Shown piece after piece: positions 35,401-48,284 of a stretch of DNA of 64,000 bases (within the stretch, counting starts at the first letter, position 1; each line of letters starts with the position of its first letter). The position numbers and the translations under genes are program-made. Under the pieces are notes generated by a model. It was not told where the DNA came from. It was given only the letters and a program-made list of their open reading frames with translations, and did no database searches. Source of the stretch: Basidiobolus meristosporus CBS 931.73 (lineage: Eukaryota; Fungi; Basidiobolomycota); the NCBI GenBank assembly GCA_002104905.1, contig MCFE01000027.1, forward strand, positions 124,001 through 188,000, read 5' to 3'.

Positions 35401-36381
35401 ATTCATGTGGAAGACTGGCGAAAACATCTTGGGCTCCCTGTATGGGTGAGTTGATAGATTAAACTAGGCCAATAGAAATAAACAAAAGGTTCACCCTGTA
35501 CCTTTGACACGCTGCCGCTTCCAGTGAACGTAAACACGACCGGCCCGAACTCTCTTGGTAGTCCTTCCTCGGCTATAATCTTGCCGACTTTTTGAATGGT
35601 AGACTTCGCATCAGCGAGTGACTGGTAATTATGGGCCATTCCAACATACTAGAAGCGACGTGGTGGTTAGCACATGAGCAAAACACAACCTTTACCAATT
35701 CACGGGGTATTTACCAGAAAAGGCGTATTGTAGCCAAAACCTAGCAGGCGTTGTCCAACTCCATGCAAACAGTTGATCATTCCCGCATAGCCAGCATGAG
35801 TGCCGAAGAGAACCAGGCGAGCACCAGCATCGTTTGTTATCAATTCATAGTCGATCAGGCGAATTTTCTTTCCCAAAGAATTAGTCACTTCTTCGCCCGG
35901 ATAACGTCACACCAAAACACCCTTTACCTTATCAAGAACGTTCTGTAACATGGGCATATTGTATGGTTGCCCTTTATGTGTATGTGAGAAATAGACGTAA
36001 GTCTTCCCAGCGATCAGTTTGCTCTGTGGAACTTCTTTGATGCCCAAGATAACATCGGCCTCAGAAAGGTCGTCTTTCAGGATAGCACCGGCCTATTCAA
36101 CAGGGACTATTAGGTTAATGAATACTATGAGTTGGGGTTCAGTTTGAGCCAACCTTCTCATATCTAGCGTTTGTGAACACTCGATTATTCGAGCGTTGAA
36201 CCAGCACTTTGGCCCCCGTCTCTTTGATTAGCGACTCCACGTGCTGCGGCGTCAGCGCCACTCTACGTTCCCATCTATTCTTGTCCTCACTGCGAATCCC
36301 CAGGGTCTTTAAGCGAGAACTGGCTGTGCTTAGAAAACGACGTTGCCCCAGCAAACGAAATCCGTGCAGTTGTGAGAACAT
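32459..36381 (-). CDS. AASS: Bifunctional alpha-aminoadipic semialdehyde synthase (LKR + saccharopine dehydrogenase), mitochondrial, multi-exon
   Basis: Presequence, then [47 protein letters not shown] and ISCD (LKR). After a linker come SDH motifs [55 protein letters not shown] and the end [18 protein letters not shown]. Confidence 0.93.
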
Positions 36382-37092
36382 GTAGGTAGCCAACAGAGTA
36401 AAATGCAAAAACTATTGATACCAATAGTCTGACCTATCAATCAACTTCCCTACGCAGCGAGGAGGTTTTATACTCTGAGTCAATGCTAACAAGTACGTGG
36501 TTCTCACCAAAAATCGGTAAGGCAGGAATCCATGACCGTGGGAATGAAAGTCACTTGATGACGCTCCAATCATGCAGTCACTCAGTAGCAGTCCAACATG
36601 AGAACGATCATTCTGAAAGCGTGAGATTTCCCTGATGACTTCTGCAAATAGGATGGCCTCAGTGTGCTTTTGATGGAATGAGCCATGATACAGTAAGTGA
36701 CACATCCGTATGTCATATTCGTTGGTTCTTGCTGCCAGGATTCCTTTGTAACATACACACTGCTTAATTGATGTTTCCCATTTCCCTAGCCAACCCCTTT
36801 TGTGCTTCCTGGTGCAACCAAGACCGTGAGAGCTCAGGAGTCGCTTCTTATTAATGTCTGCTTTCATCACCAATGGGCGCACTCGTTTAACCAATGGATG
36901 CAGACGGTTCCAATTAAACCAACCTTCACCGAAACAGCATTAGAGATTTATTTGTGTATGTTCTGGGTAATGTCGGTGAACAAGTCTATTATGACAAGGA
37001 AGTGTTTCATGTGTGTATACGTGCATACACACCAGCACAAATATATATATGTGTGTGTACATATGTATGTTTGTATTGTGAAGAACGGCCCA

Positions 37093-38465
37093 TTACTTTG
37101 TTAAGTGGTAAAGATCACCAAGGCTAGAAGCAAGGAAATCAGGTCGTATTTCAGAAGTGGAAGCCTCCGATTCACTCGTAACACCTATTTGAGATAACCT
37201 GATCAGCTCATGATGGGATCATTCATGAGAAAAGCAATATTTACCAGTAAGGACAAGAAGGGTACTCAAGCCTCCGTTGATCCCAAACAGAATGTCAGTG
37301 TTCAACCTGAGATGCAGCATCTGATTAGACGGGCGCTTCGAAAGCCATTGCAAATAATAGTTACCGATCTCCAACCATACAGGTTTTCTCTTTCTCCAAA
37401 TGATACTTGAGCATAATGCAGTCAAGCATAGTTTGTTGCGGCTTGCCCATATAGATGGGCTCCCGGCCTAGGGCGGTGATAATAGGTGATATAAGGGCGC
37501 CAGCACCTGGAGTTAACAAACAGTCAACACGACGTCTCGCGAGCTGGCCACATACAGCACAACATACCAGGATAGACCGTTCCGCCAATTGGATAGGTAG
37601 CATCCTCGTTCGTGGCAATAAACACGCATTCAGGGTTGTGGTAAAGATAAGTAAATGCTCTAGCGTATTTTCTGTAGGTCAACTCTACATCGAATCCCAT
37701 CACCACAGCACCAATCTGAGTTTAAAAGCCACCGATGAGTCACCAGATCTAGGAAATTCAAGGAAATCTGGGTGAAATACCTCAGGATTCGGTTTGATCG
37801 TGTGCAAGATATCGAAATTGATTGGATCATTGTCTTCCTGAAAGATATGAATCACTATTATTAGTGTGCAGAAAGGTGGTCACGTTTCCATTTCACTAAC
37901 ATCGATTCCTCGAACTGGGATGCCCTCAGCCTCCAGCTCCGTTCTCAACCCCCCCTCACCAAAAGCGTAGACCTTCTTATCCGCGGGGAGCTTGAGGATA
38001 TTTTTTATGTAGTAGGCCGAGGCATAAGCTGAGCTAAAGATCTCGTCCTGTAACCAATGTGCGCTTTGTTAGCGCCTATTTTCTGTCGAGAAAAAGGAGT
38101 ATTGGTTACCCTGGTAGCAGTAAGCCCTAGAGACTTGAACTTTGCAGCATACTCATCCCGGGATTTCGTGCTGTTGTTTGTAACAAAGAATAGACGTTTG
38201 CCTAACCTAGGCTTAATGTACTGGATGGAATACTGAATGACAAACACCACATTTCGTACCTCTTGAGCGAAGAAGGTCAAGCGTCTCACGGATGCCCTCC
38301 AAAGCATGTTTCCCTTGCCATAGCACACCTATTCAGAAGACAATAAGCATCCATGCCGTATGGACATGATAAACAGTGATGAAACATACCATCACAATCG
38401 AAAAGGAAAGTATCGTAACGGTCAATGAAGGCTTGAGCCTCCTGAGCAGTGGTAATTTTGAGCAT
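37093..38465 (-). CDS. PHO13: HAD-IIA phosphatase (p-nitrophenyl/phosphoglycolate phosphatase, Pho13-like), multi-exon
   Basis: FLFDCDG, FVTNNSTKSR, FIATNED, GKPQQ and MVGDR/LNTDILFG motifs. Confidence 0.93.
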
Positions 38466-39009
38466 TGTTGGCAGATCACTTGATAAGCGCTTAGCAATAT
38501 TTATATAGATTTTAAGGTTGACCCATCGTATTTCCAAGGAATGTGGATCGCTGAGCTCCATTGGAATGAAAAGAAAACGCTCTGGATCTCAGGCCCTTAT
38601 CAGTAACTGCCTTATTTATCCGCATTTCCACCCAAATCATACATCGAGGAATAGTTCATCAAGTTGCTAAAACCAGCCCCAACCGACCCGCCATACCACC
38701 ACTCTACAATCTGGAGCTATCTTACCATAGTTGGAAACCAAGTCCAGGCAGTCATTAACCACCGGTAAACAGCACCAAACCAGATGAATTTCAAAATTTT
38801 TATTCGGCAAATACATCAGCTAATACATTTTCTATACAACATGCCTTGTTTATCTAAAACATCTCGTTTCGGCGTACGTGGTTTTTACATCGGTGATCAT
38901 GCGTGGGGAATACTCCACGAGTCTGGCAAGAACAATCCAGTGCTTATTGTCGTGGCTATATGCGGTGGGTTATTGGTGTGTGGAGAGTGGAGGGTAGCAT
39001 GCGGTTGAT

Positions 39010-39339
39010 TCAGTTCTCGCTGATCAAATCATCCCAAAGGTCCTCAATGGGTGCCTCGGAGTGGTCAATCATAGGATTAACGGGGGCGAGTGGGTCAAGT
39101 GTATACATGGCCTGGTTGTTCCAGTCAACGTCATCCGCGTTAAGAACCCCTTTCATATATTCATTCTCAGCACGCTCGAAGACAACACGTTCATGGTCTT
39201 CCAAGGGGACGGTAAAAAGATTGGTAAGGTTACGTGAGCGAACAGTAGCCATGGGAGCCGTGCGCATGGCAACACGCTTGAGACTAACTAAGCCGGAAGC
39301 TTTGGCAAGGGTGGTGAAGGCAGCAATACGGGCAGACAT
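39010..39339 (-). CDS. Small hypothetical protein with a mitochondrial-presequence-like N-terminus
   Basis: 109-aa single-exon ORF with a good start context (ACACAATGTCT), an R/A/S-rich acid-free N-terminus, an acidic C-terminus and C-ending codon bias. Confidence 0.7.
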   Translation of the reverse strand: MSARIAAFTTLAKASGLVSLKRVAMRTAPMATVRSRNLTNLFTVPLEDHERVVFERAENEYMKGVLNADDVDWNNQAMYTLDPLAPVNPMIDHSEAPIEDLWDDLISEN

Positions 39340-41032
39340 TGTGTTCGAGGTTCAACTGAATATGAGTTGTATCTATGGAGACCGTCACTCTTTTATATTT
39401 GTCAAGCAAGACTTCATCAGACTACCCCAGCCAATCGGGATTTCGCGAGTTGGAAAAATACAGAGACTAGCGATAAACCTTCAGCAGTCATGTGGGTAAG
39501 GAGTTGATCCAGAATACCGCTGACCTAGCAAACCTGACTCTATGCATCCACAATGGAGTCGACTCAAAGGCCAAGATCGAGTCCATGTTAATCTGGGTCT
39601 CCGAAAAATATTCGCTCAGGTGAGCTGAATTCGGAAAGTTCCGTAATGATAAGGATAAGGACATGTGAGGAGGCTACAGATAACATGCTAGATCTAGATC
39701 CATACTACATGGATATCACAGACATCGCTTTGTAACCATACTAGAACTTAATTGGCCACAGCTGAAAGTGATCAAAGGCAAATCATCGATTGATCGAATT
39801 ACGTCATCGTTAATTGGTATCATAGAACAATCTCCCACATTCGAGAGGTAAGAATCAGTGACATATGGCTGAGTGATATTCAGATAAGGAGCTACCATGT
39901 TCGGTGACACCTGATGCCTGTTTTGTGACAACATATGGTAGCAGTCATCAGAGAAAAGACCCTCAATCTGGGAAAAAAATATACCCTGCTGTACCCCGGA
40001 ACATTCCGATAGCGCGATAATGTGCGAGTACAATCGTTTATGTTATGTTAAGTTGCTCAATAATTTGCTATGGGAAGGGTATTTGACCACGAACATCAGG
40101 AGGTCCCTTTCAGCAGAACTGGTTTCTCTTGCATAAGCAATTTAGAATATTGCTTTTCTGGAGTTCGCTTTGCATGGGTTTGTTCCAAAGGCCCACAGGT
40201 AGGGAGAGAATATTTGCAACTCCATATTTAGAAGAATCAAGCCAACTGTCGCTGTTAGATTAGATTGTGCTCTATGAGTTTGGTGATGGACTGATTTGAG
40301 ATGGGCAAATATCCTTTCTGCAGTCTGAAGAAAATCTGACCTGGTGAAGGGCAGAGAATTTCCGATTTTCTTCAAAGAATATTCACCCAACCTCACACTT
40401 ACCAACAATACTCGGTAAGCATACGAGGATTGCTTATGGTATCTGCCCCATGAATCTCTTTATCTCGTGGCATTTCGCGCGGCGGGTCTTTCCTATTTCG
40501 AAGCTTTGGCTAAACTTTATGATGGTTAGACGACCGCACTATCAGATTGAAAGCATGGCTGGCGCTTGTTGGCTTATACAGCGTTGAATAGAGTCGAACC
40601 ATCAATTTTCATGTTGAATGGCGACAAGAAGCCACTAGTACAGCAATAGAGGTAACATGTAATACACGATGGATGGGTTACATCATTAGGCAAATCTATG
40701 ACATTAGCCATGTTGTATAAACTAAGCACCGCCGGTGCGGGCCTGTTGTACCACATGGTGCCTACTGGGAGCTGGGAATAATACCAAATAGTTTTGAGAG
40801 TGATATGGTCAAGTGATTATTCCATCATCAATTTCAATGGGGCGCTAAGATAGCCAAAAACATCTCTTTATAGAAAGGTGGGTTTTGCGTCCATCAGTGG
40901 CCGAATAATCTAAAGTCGTCTGTTCTCGCTAAAATCAATTTGGTGAGGAGAGCAGAGAGATAGCTATAATACAATATTTAAGGTAGGAAGGGCGAGTAGG
41001 AAGACGGGCTATTTATGAGCAAAATTTCGGCG

Positions 41033-42529
41033 TTACTCTGTCCGAATAACCAGCTGCTGTTCCTGGAGGATTTTCTTGATGGCTCTGGCCTTGGCGTGGG
41101 TTTCCTGCTTTCTATATTCAATCGAACTAAGGGGAGTTTAGTGGATGGCCACCAATCGACTTTCTAGCGCAATGATAAGCAAACTTACGTGTACCAAATC
41201 CCTATAGAGAAACCTGGTTAGTAAGATGATTGGTCAGTGTTGATGCCAACTATATGATAACTTACCACCCACTAAGGTCAATGCAATCCCAATCGCGTTC
41301 ATGGCAGATATCTCCAAATTGAATATCAGGAAGGCAAAAGCAATGGAGAGCACCTGTTTGACGTTGCCTTTAGTGATAAATGGGTTAATGGTCGAAGGGA
41401 CGACAAGATTGGATACAAGGTGGTAACACCAACCGGCGACTGTCATGGTTAAAGCGGATGTTTTCTTGTTTGCCGTGAAGCTGACCACATTTAGAAAGAA
41501 CGCCAGTACTCCATTGAACAGAAGCGCCAATCCCAAAGGCCAGGTCATCGATGTTTGGACAAACAGGGAGACATACTGCAGCTCTCCGGTCATGTAGGCA
41601 TACATCAGTGTTTGGACGAATGCTAAGGGGGACATGCGGTACAACAGGTCCAAAGGGTGAATCTTCAGGCCACTTGTTTGTACCTTGTTGGTGACCACTG
41701 TCTTGAACGCAGCAAGAACCGTCCCTAGAATGGTGAGAAAGAATCCTACGTGGGAAGAATGCCTAGGGTCAGGAAAATTCTCATTGTGTAGTAGTGGTTG
41801 AATGGAACCTACCCATGGGGGTAAAGTAGTAATCGCCAAAGGTAGCAAATGCTACTCCGAACACAACCTATCAAAGCTCGTGAGTACAGGACACGAGTGG
41901 AATTAGAATAACAAACACCTCCACTAACAGGCAGAAGGGAAATGTAGACGGCCAAAGGAAATGAGGTTTTCAGAAACACCACTGAGAGGACAATCGTAAA
42001 CACTGGGGTCATTGCTCGTACCACTTGGTGGAACTAATTGAAAACAAAGTTCATTGAGTTTCACAAAAATCATAAGATTGACCAAATCAAGGAGTGTACC
42101 GGAACGGTTACTAGGTGGCTGGTGAAGGAGATTCTGAGTGTAAGTAAGTTTGTTCCCAAGAGCCCTCATTTGTGCTACTTACAGCGAGACATTGCTGATG
42201 GCAATGTTCAAAGTGTACAGCACCGAAAAGGCAAGCATGACTGTGTTTTCTCGCTCGCCAAGCTTACGTGGTTTGAAGATTCCAAGCAGATAGAAGATGT
42301 AGGAACCGATGGCACCGCATAGGGTATGAAGACCAGTCAAGGTCCAAGGGAATTTGAAGGAGAAAAATTGCATAAGTGCTTTACTGTGCAAGGTCAAGGT
42401 GAGGTTAAAGAAGAAGTATAGGATTAGCCAGACGGCGGAGGAGTTCAAGATATCCGTGAGGGATATGGCTCGAGTTGCTCGGCAAATACGCCGGTACACG
42501 GGCAAGGATTCGCTTGGAGGTGAGCCCAT
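41033..42529 (-). CDS. Triose-phosphate/nucleotide-sugar transporter (TPT/DMT family), multi-exon
   Basis: YFFFNLTLTLHSK, FPWTLTGLH, NIAISNVSL, VRAMTPVFT, KTVVTN, LLYRMSPLA and KKTSALTMTVAGNVKQV. Start uncertain. Confidence 0.9.
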
Positions 42530-43243
42530 TGGGAGATTCTATGCCTTACACGGTGCTACGTAACGACAGAGGGTGCAAGGAGCAAAACAAGATGGCCAAA
42601 ATCCAGAGTCAAGGCGCTAGGGCAGTAGAGAGGATGGTTTTCAAGATATCAAAAGTATCCAGCAGTGCCCAGAGCTCACTAAAAAGGAGAGTAAATATAT
42701 TGGGGCACCAGAGCTGCAGCTCGTAATAATATTAGGAGAATAGTTGGATGTTCGTATAGTTGTATGAATAGGGATACACACAGCTTGGGAGCAGAAAAGT
42801 TCGAGGAGAATCCAATAGTATGCAGCGGATATATATACAAATAAAGAGGGGGCCATATCAGGACAGCGGAGCTATTTGTAGAAAGTAATGAAGGACACAG
42901 CTTTAAGGGGTGTCATGTACGGTTTAGGAGGCATATGAGTGTTAATTTCAATGAATGAAACCGGCCATATTATGGCATATTTATTCAGCCAGATGGGAGA
43001 GAAACTAGTTAATGTGGAGTAGCAACTGACAAACATTCTAAATATAAGATTAGAGTTCACGATGCAGGTCGAATCAAGATTTTCCCAGCTAAATCTAGGT
43101 AAATTTGTGCATAACCAATGCAGTAACTTAATTACTAATTCGTGCCAAGATTGTTTTGCTGGCCTGACGTCTGCACTTGAGGATTTCGATATTACCAGTA
43201 AAAGCACGAACAAAGGAGCATCCTTCTTTGTTTAATAACCATC

Positions 43244-43991
43244 ATGGTATGTTGTCTCAGTTCACTTAAACACAGTAGGTGTCCTTACTCAGAAATATTT
43301 AGTCGGTCAGTGTCACCTGTACTATTGACGATATTGTCGCCAAGAACGTGCGGAAATTCCGTTTTGCAAAGACTCTCGAGAACCCCTCAGCATACCTCAG
43401 TACGTTCTCGCAGAGCCTCTGTTCGTGGTCCTTGTGCTAAAAACAATTTGAATTTTCAGTCAAGATCGATCGTAAGAAGTTCTTGATCGAGGAAGATGAA
43501 CTTTTCGAAAACATTGCTTTCGAGGACCTTGTTGAAGAAATCCCCGACGACTCACCAAGATATCCTTCTGTCTCTTTATTTCATCTTGATATTTATCACA
43601 GCGGGAAAGATACTCCTCCTTAACATAGACGTACATATATCGTTCTAAGCTTCAAGTTCGAGCATCAGGATGGAAGACTCTCTTATCCACTTGTATTTAT
43701 CTACTACACCCCCGATGGCTGTTAGTATTTACAACATACTTTTCGTGCCGCCCTTAACGTTCACGTTATCTTACCATTTGTATTGACAGGCTCTACTGAA
43801 TTGAATATGCTTTACGCGAGCAATCAACCCTACTTCCAGCAGAAAACCGATTTAGGCAAGGTAAATGAACCAAATTTCCCTAAACAAATGTCCATCAGCA
43901 CACTTATGAACAATACTTTCAGGTCCTTGAGCTTCGCGACAAAGAAGATCTCACTTTTGAGTGGTTGAAAGAGAGATTGAACTTGGTATAG
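43244..43991 (+). CDS. AIM7: Glia maturation factor (ADF-H family, Aim7/GMF), multi-exon
   Basis: Spliced product contains KFRFAK, IKIDRK, EEIPDDSPR, YIVLSFKFEHQDGRLSYPLVFIYY, LNMLYA and ELRDKEDLTFEWL. Confidence 0.92.
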
Positions 43992-44055
43992 AGGCACCAT
44001 ATTGAAAAGCAATAAACGTAGCCAATTTTACCACACGCACCTGCTTCATATGGAT

Positions 44056-45287
44056 TTATTTCCGAGGCAAATCAATGGGAACAAACACGACTTTGGTACA
44101 ATTGTCCAGCTTCTTATCGAACAAATGATAAGCTTGATTAGCCTCCCTCAAAGGGAAACGGTGCGATATAATCTGGGAGATATTGTATTTCTTTTTCTCG
44201 AGGATTGGGATTAATTTGTCCATCATTGCTCGTGCCGGACATCTCCCGGAGATGTACGTCACATTTCGGTTGTATCCTTCTGCTGGGGAGAACGGGAAAT
44301 CTGCTGAATTATGAACCCCAATGGAAGATATGATTCCACCTGGCCTCATAATATTGAACGCAGTATCTAAAGCGGAGGTATTCCCCACCGCCTATCGTGT
44401 ACAACAACATCAATGGATGATCAGCCACCGAACAATGATGCACTTACCTCGAGCACCACATCAACACCTCTTCCAGCAGTTTTTCCTTTCAAAAACTCTA
44501 TGGGGTCGTTTTCTGATGATACGGCATCAGCTCCCAAGGAGCGAGCGATCCCAAGGCGCTCTGGTACAGAGTCAATAGCGTAGATTTTGGTAGCGCCTAG
44601 TTCTTTTGCTCCGATGATAGACATGAGGCCCACAGGACCACAACCAATCACTGCAACTGCAGTATCAGCCATATCTTCAGGCTTGATTCCCGATAATCCA
44701 TTGCGTGCGCAATAGAACCCGGTGGGAAAAACATCGCCTATCAACAATCCCTCTTCATCTGAGACGATCTCTGGCAGTTTGAGTAAGGTTGTCGATGCTA
44801 AAGGAACACGCACGTACTCTGCCTGGGCACCGTCGATGCTTGTTCAGAATCATTAATATGTGCTCATCGTTCAAACCACCAAGCTACTTACTGCCAACCA
44901 AACAACTGACTCTTTTCACAACGGCAAGTAAGCCCTTTCAAGCAGTAGAAGCACTCACCGCAGGATGTTGTAAAAGCGCTAGAAACTCTATCATTTACTT
45001 CGAAAGCGGAGACTTCGCCACCCACTTCGACAATACGACCCATGAATTCATGCCCTAGAATACGATGTGGGGCACAGCCGACCTCATCCCCACGATAAAC
45101 TAGAGGCGATAGTTCAGCAAAAGATAACGACGGCAAGAAAGGGAGAATAGGAATCACCATGCAAATCGCTTCCACACAGGCCTGCAAGATGAACTTGGAC
45201 AATAACGTCGGTTGGCTCGAGCAGTGTGGGCCTAGGGACGACTTTGGTTAGGATTTCGAAGTCTTGTATGAATGTGACTGCTTCCAT
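44056..45287 (-). CDS. Zinc-dependent alcohol dehydrogenase (MDR, FDH-like subgroup), multi-exon
   Basis: GLCGSDLH, LGHEFMG, CGECFYC..C, GAQAEYVRVP, GDVFPTG, VIGCGPVGL and GRCPARAMM. Confidence 0.92.
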
Positions 45288-45583
45288 GCTGTAGATACAA
45301 GTGTGGGTGGTGGATGTTATATACGATTTGACCTGTGGGAAAGAAATATCGGTGCTTTGCGTACATTGATTTAATCTACCCCCACCCTGATTACAACTAG
45401 CATACACTCGCACCAACAAATGCTGCCCAAATAGACGTGAGAGCAGATATGATGGTGAAACGACTGTTCAATAGTAACGAAACATATGACGTGGTTTCAC
45501 TGCATGGCCCCGAAGCTATTGCGTCAGCCCGATCCATACGGATATTTAAAGGGATCAGGCTCACTCCGCCTACTGTACTCGAA

Positions 45584-46875
45584 ATGTTTGGAAACCTTAC
45601 AGAATCTTTAAAGAAACAGGCCGGCGCTTACCTTCAGAATCAAGCGCAGAGTTTGTTCAGCGGCCAGTCACAGCCACAGGACGATGGTCAGGGCCATTCG
45701 GTTGCTCCAGCTGGCACCGATTATGTGCAGAGCCCCAACCAGAATGCTGGCTCCTATGTCGGTCAAGCTAATGGAGAAGAGTTCTCCATCTCCGATTGCA
45801 GGTTCGTATGCCCTTCTCTTCGTACTATCGTGGTCCATAAAGTAACCCTCCTGCCAGGGGAAACAAAAAAGCGCTCTTTGTTGGTATCAACTACTTCAAT
45901 ACAAGCGCTGAGTTGAGAGGTAAGTCACAGCCTCCATTAAAGTTTCGAGCCGCCGTCTAACCACTGGAGCAATATCAGGCTGCATCAACGATGTGAAAAA
46001 CATCATGAACTTCGTTACCAATAATTTTGGTTTCAACCCACAAAACTGCCTTGTGCTCACCGACGACCAGCAAGACCCAAGCAAAATCCCCACCCGAAAC
46101 AACATTCTGCTGGGGATGAAGTGGTTGGTCGAGGGGGCCCAACCTGGTGATTCTCTGTTCTTCCACTACTCGGGCCATGGAGGATCCACCCAAGATACAG
46201 ATGGCGACGAGGTTGATGGTAAAGATGAGACTATCTACCCACTTGATCATGAACAAGCTGGTATGATTCATGACGACGAGATGCACGCCCTTATGGTTCG
46301 AGACCTGCCCGCAGGTTGCCGTTTGACCGCAGTGTTTGATTCGTGCCATAGTGGTACAGTTCTTGACTTGCCCTTTACTTATAAGTGTAGTGGAGAAATC
46401 GAGGTTATTTGTGAAGATAGCCGAAAAGAAGCTGCCATGTCATTACTCAAAGCCGGGCTATCCTACAGCCGGGGCGACACTGCTGGTGCCATGAGCTTAG
46501 TCAAGGATGGACTGGGATTCCTAATGCGTCCCCCCACTAACAAGGAGGCCCAGAAGAAAACCGAGGAAACCCGCAAGTCCAACGCGGATGTAATCCAATT
46601 TGCTGGATGCCGAGACGATCAGGTATTTCCCAGCAATCTATCCACATGAATTGGTAGCTTACGCCTCTTTTCAGACATCCGCCGATGCCACCATTAACAA
46701 TCAGGCTACCGGAGCAATGAGCTACGCGTTGGTTACTGCATTGGGTCAGAATCGGAGCTTGACATACACCCAGTTGCTACAGAATCTCAGGGACATCCTC
46801 AAGAGCAAATACTCCCAGATTCCACAGATGTCTACCGGCCGTCCTATGGATATGAAAACGATGTTCGCCATGTAA
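45584..46875 (+). CDS. MCA1: Type I metacaspase
   Basis: Q/G-rich prodomain, KKALFVGINY, LRGCINDV, catalytic FHYSGHGG and DSCHSG, and SQIPQMST. Confidence 0.95.
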
Positions 46876-47012
46876 ATTAACCTGAATAAACTTGATTTCA
46901 TTTGAATTTATTTCGTTCAAGTGTTGTGGTGGGAAGGATTAAACAATATAAACTAAGAACATGTAAGTTGATTTGAAAGAGCGGGGATTAAGGAACAAGT
47001 ACATAATTATCT

Positions 47013-48284
47013 TTACAATTGCTTCCAGGCTTCAATTAAGATGTCAACGAACTTGGGCTCGCGAACTGCCACACGGACGTAGGTATCTCTGTAGTATCCT
47101 GGTCTACCACTGCGTACGGGCACACCAGCCTCCTTCGCTTTCTGGACCGCGAGGTCAGCAGTCGCAGAATCCTTCATGTCGACCCAAACCCATGAAAGGA
47201 AATCCTTTCCGAAGTATTCCCACTGCTTCTCGGTAGGTTTGTTTGCGCAAAGCTGGGTAAGCTGATCAACAACATACTTCCTCCATACGGGGGTGATCTT
47301 CCAAGTCTCCTCAAGATACTCCGTATCTCTAACAACTGCATTCATGAAGGCAAGGGCCATAGTATTAACTGACCAAGGAACTTGGATCTTCTTCAGGGCA
47401 TTGCAGTGGTTAGCGGTGGGACAAACGATCGATCCTGTACGAAGGCCGGTACAGGACCAGAGCTTGGTCCAACTATGGATTACATATACTGAAATGTTTC
47501 TGGTTGTGTACAAGGACTCGACGAATGCCTTTTGGTTTGTTAACGAATCCTCACGGAAGTTTTCTGAATGCCATGGTTGCATCGACTCGTCTAGGGACAA
47601 AGTAGGTTAGATCAACTGGAATCACCTAACATGGCGTAAAGCGTGGGAACTGCACTTACCAACAACGACGACTCCATTATCTTCGACGTTCTCCTCGATC
47701 CACTTCTTCATGGCTTCAACATCCATGTAGTCACCAGTTGGGTTGCAAGGATTAACAATGCACGATAGGGTGGCAGGGGTTTGTTCGTTAGGGGTAAGGA
47801 TGGTGCGGCCATTAGTGACGGCAGAGCGTTCATATTCTTTGTACTGAACATCCCATGGTCCAGGCTTCCAGGTACCCTTGGGTGCAGAGCGTACCACAAG
47901 ATCAATCAACTCACTGGCGCCATTCCCCAAAAGCAACCTGTCTCTATTCTCTAAGTAGTCAACAGGCCAGATGAACTCAGCCAGCGAAGTCTTGGCTGGC
48001 TCTTGATTTGCCGGAGGATAGTGGTGGCAAGTCTCAATCTAAGCCAAAACACAAAAGATCAGTATTGAATCACAGCCCTCACCATAGCACGAACATACCG
48101 AATCCCTAGCTGCCTGCAATGCTTGTTTGGGAGTTCCGAGAGGGTTTGTGGTGACGCTGAAATCCTCAATGAAATTATCAATGAACTTCCAATCTTGTCC
48201 ACCATGGAACTGCTGAAGCTTTGAATCCCAAACGGCCTCTTCTTTGGCCACGATCTTGGTTTGTGGAGAGTCACCAGTCAACAT
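47013..48284 (-). CDS. Class I/II PLP-dependent enzyme (HisC/CobD-like), multi-exon
   Basis: FHGGQ..DFSVTTNPLG, HHYP, GNGASELI, NPCNPTG, DES, and SWTKLWSCTGLRTG (PLP lysine). Confidence 0.88.

Noticed and set aside
36412-36894. 160-codon ORF immediately upstream of AASS on the same strand (uORF or extra gene?)
   Set aside because: Non-ATG start in the track, no recognisable domain, atypical composition; cannot be distinguished from chance.
37010-37075. Alternating purine-pyrimidine (GT/AT/CA) tract
   Set aside because: Ordinary microsatellite-like 3' UTR sequence.
44056-48284. ADH, metacaspase and PLP enzyme as a possible metabolic or cell-death cluster
   Set aside because: No shared pathway, backbone enzyme, regulator or transporter; flanked by housekeeping genes.
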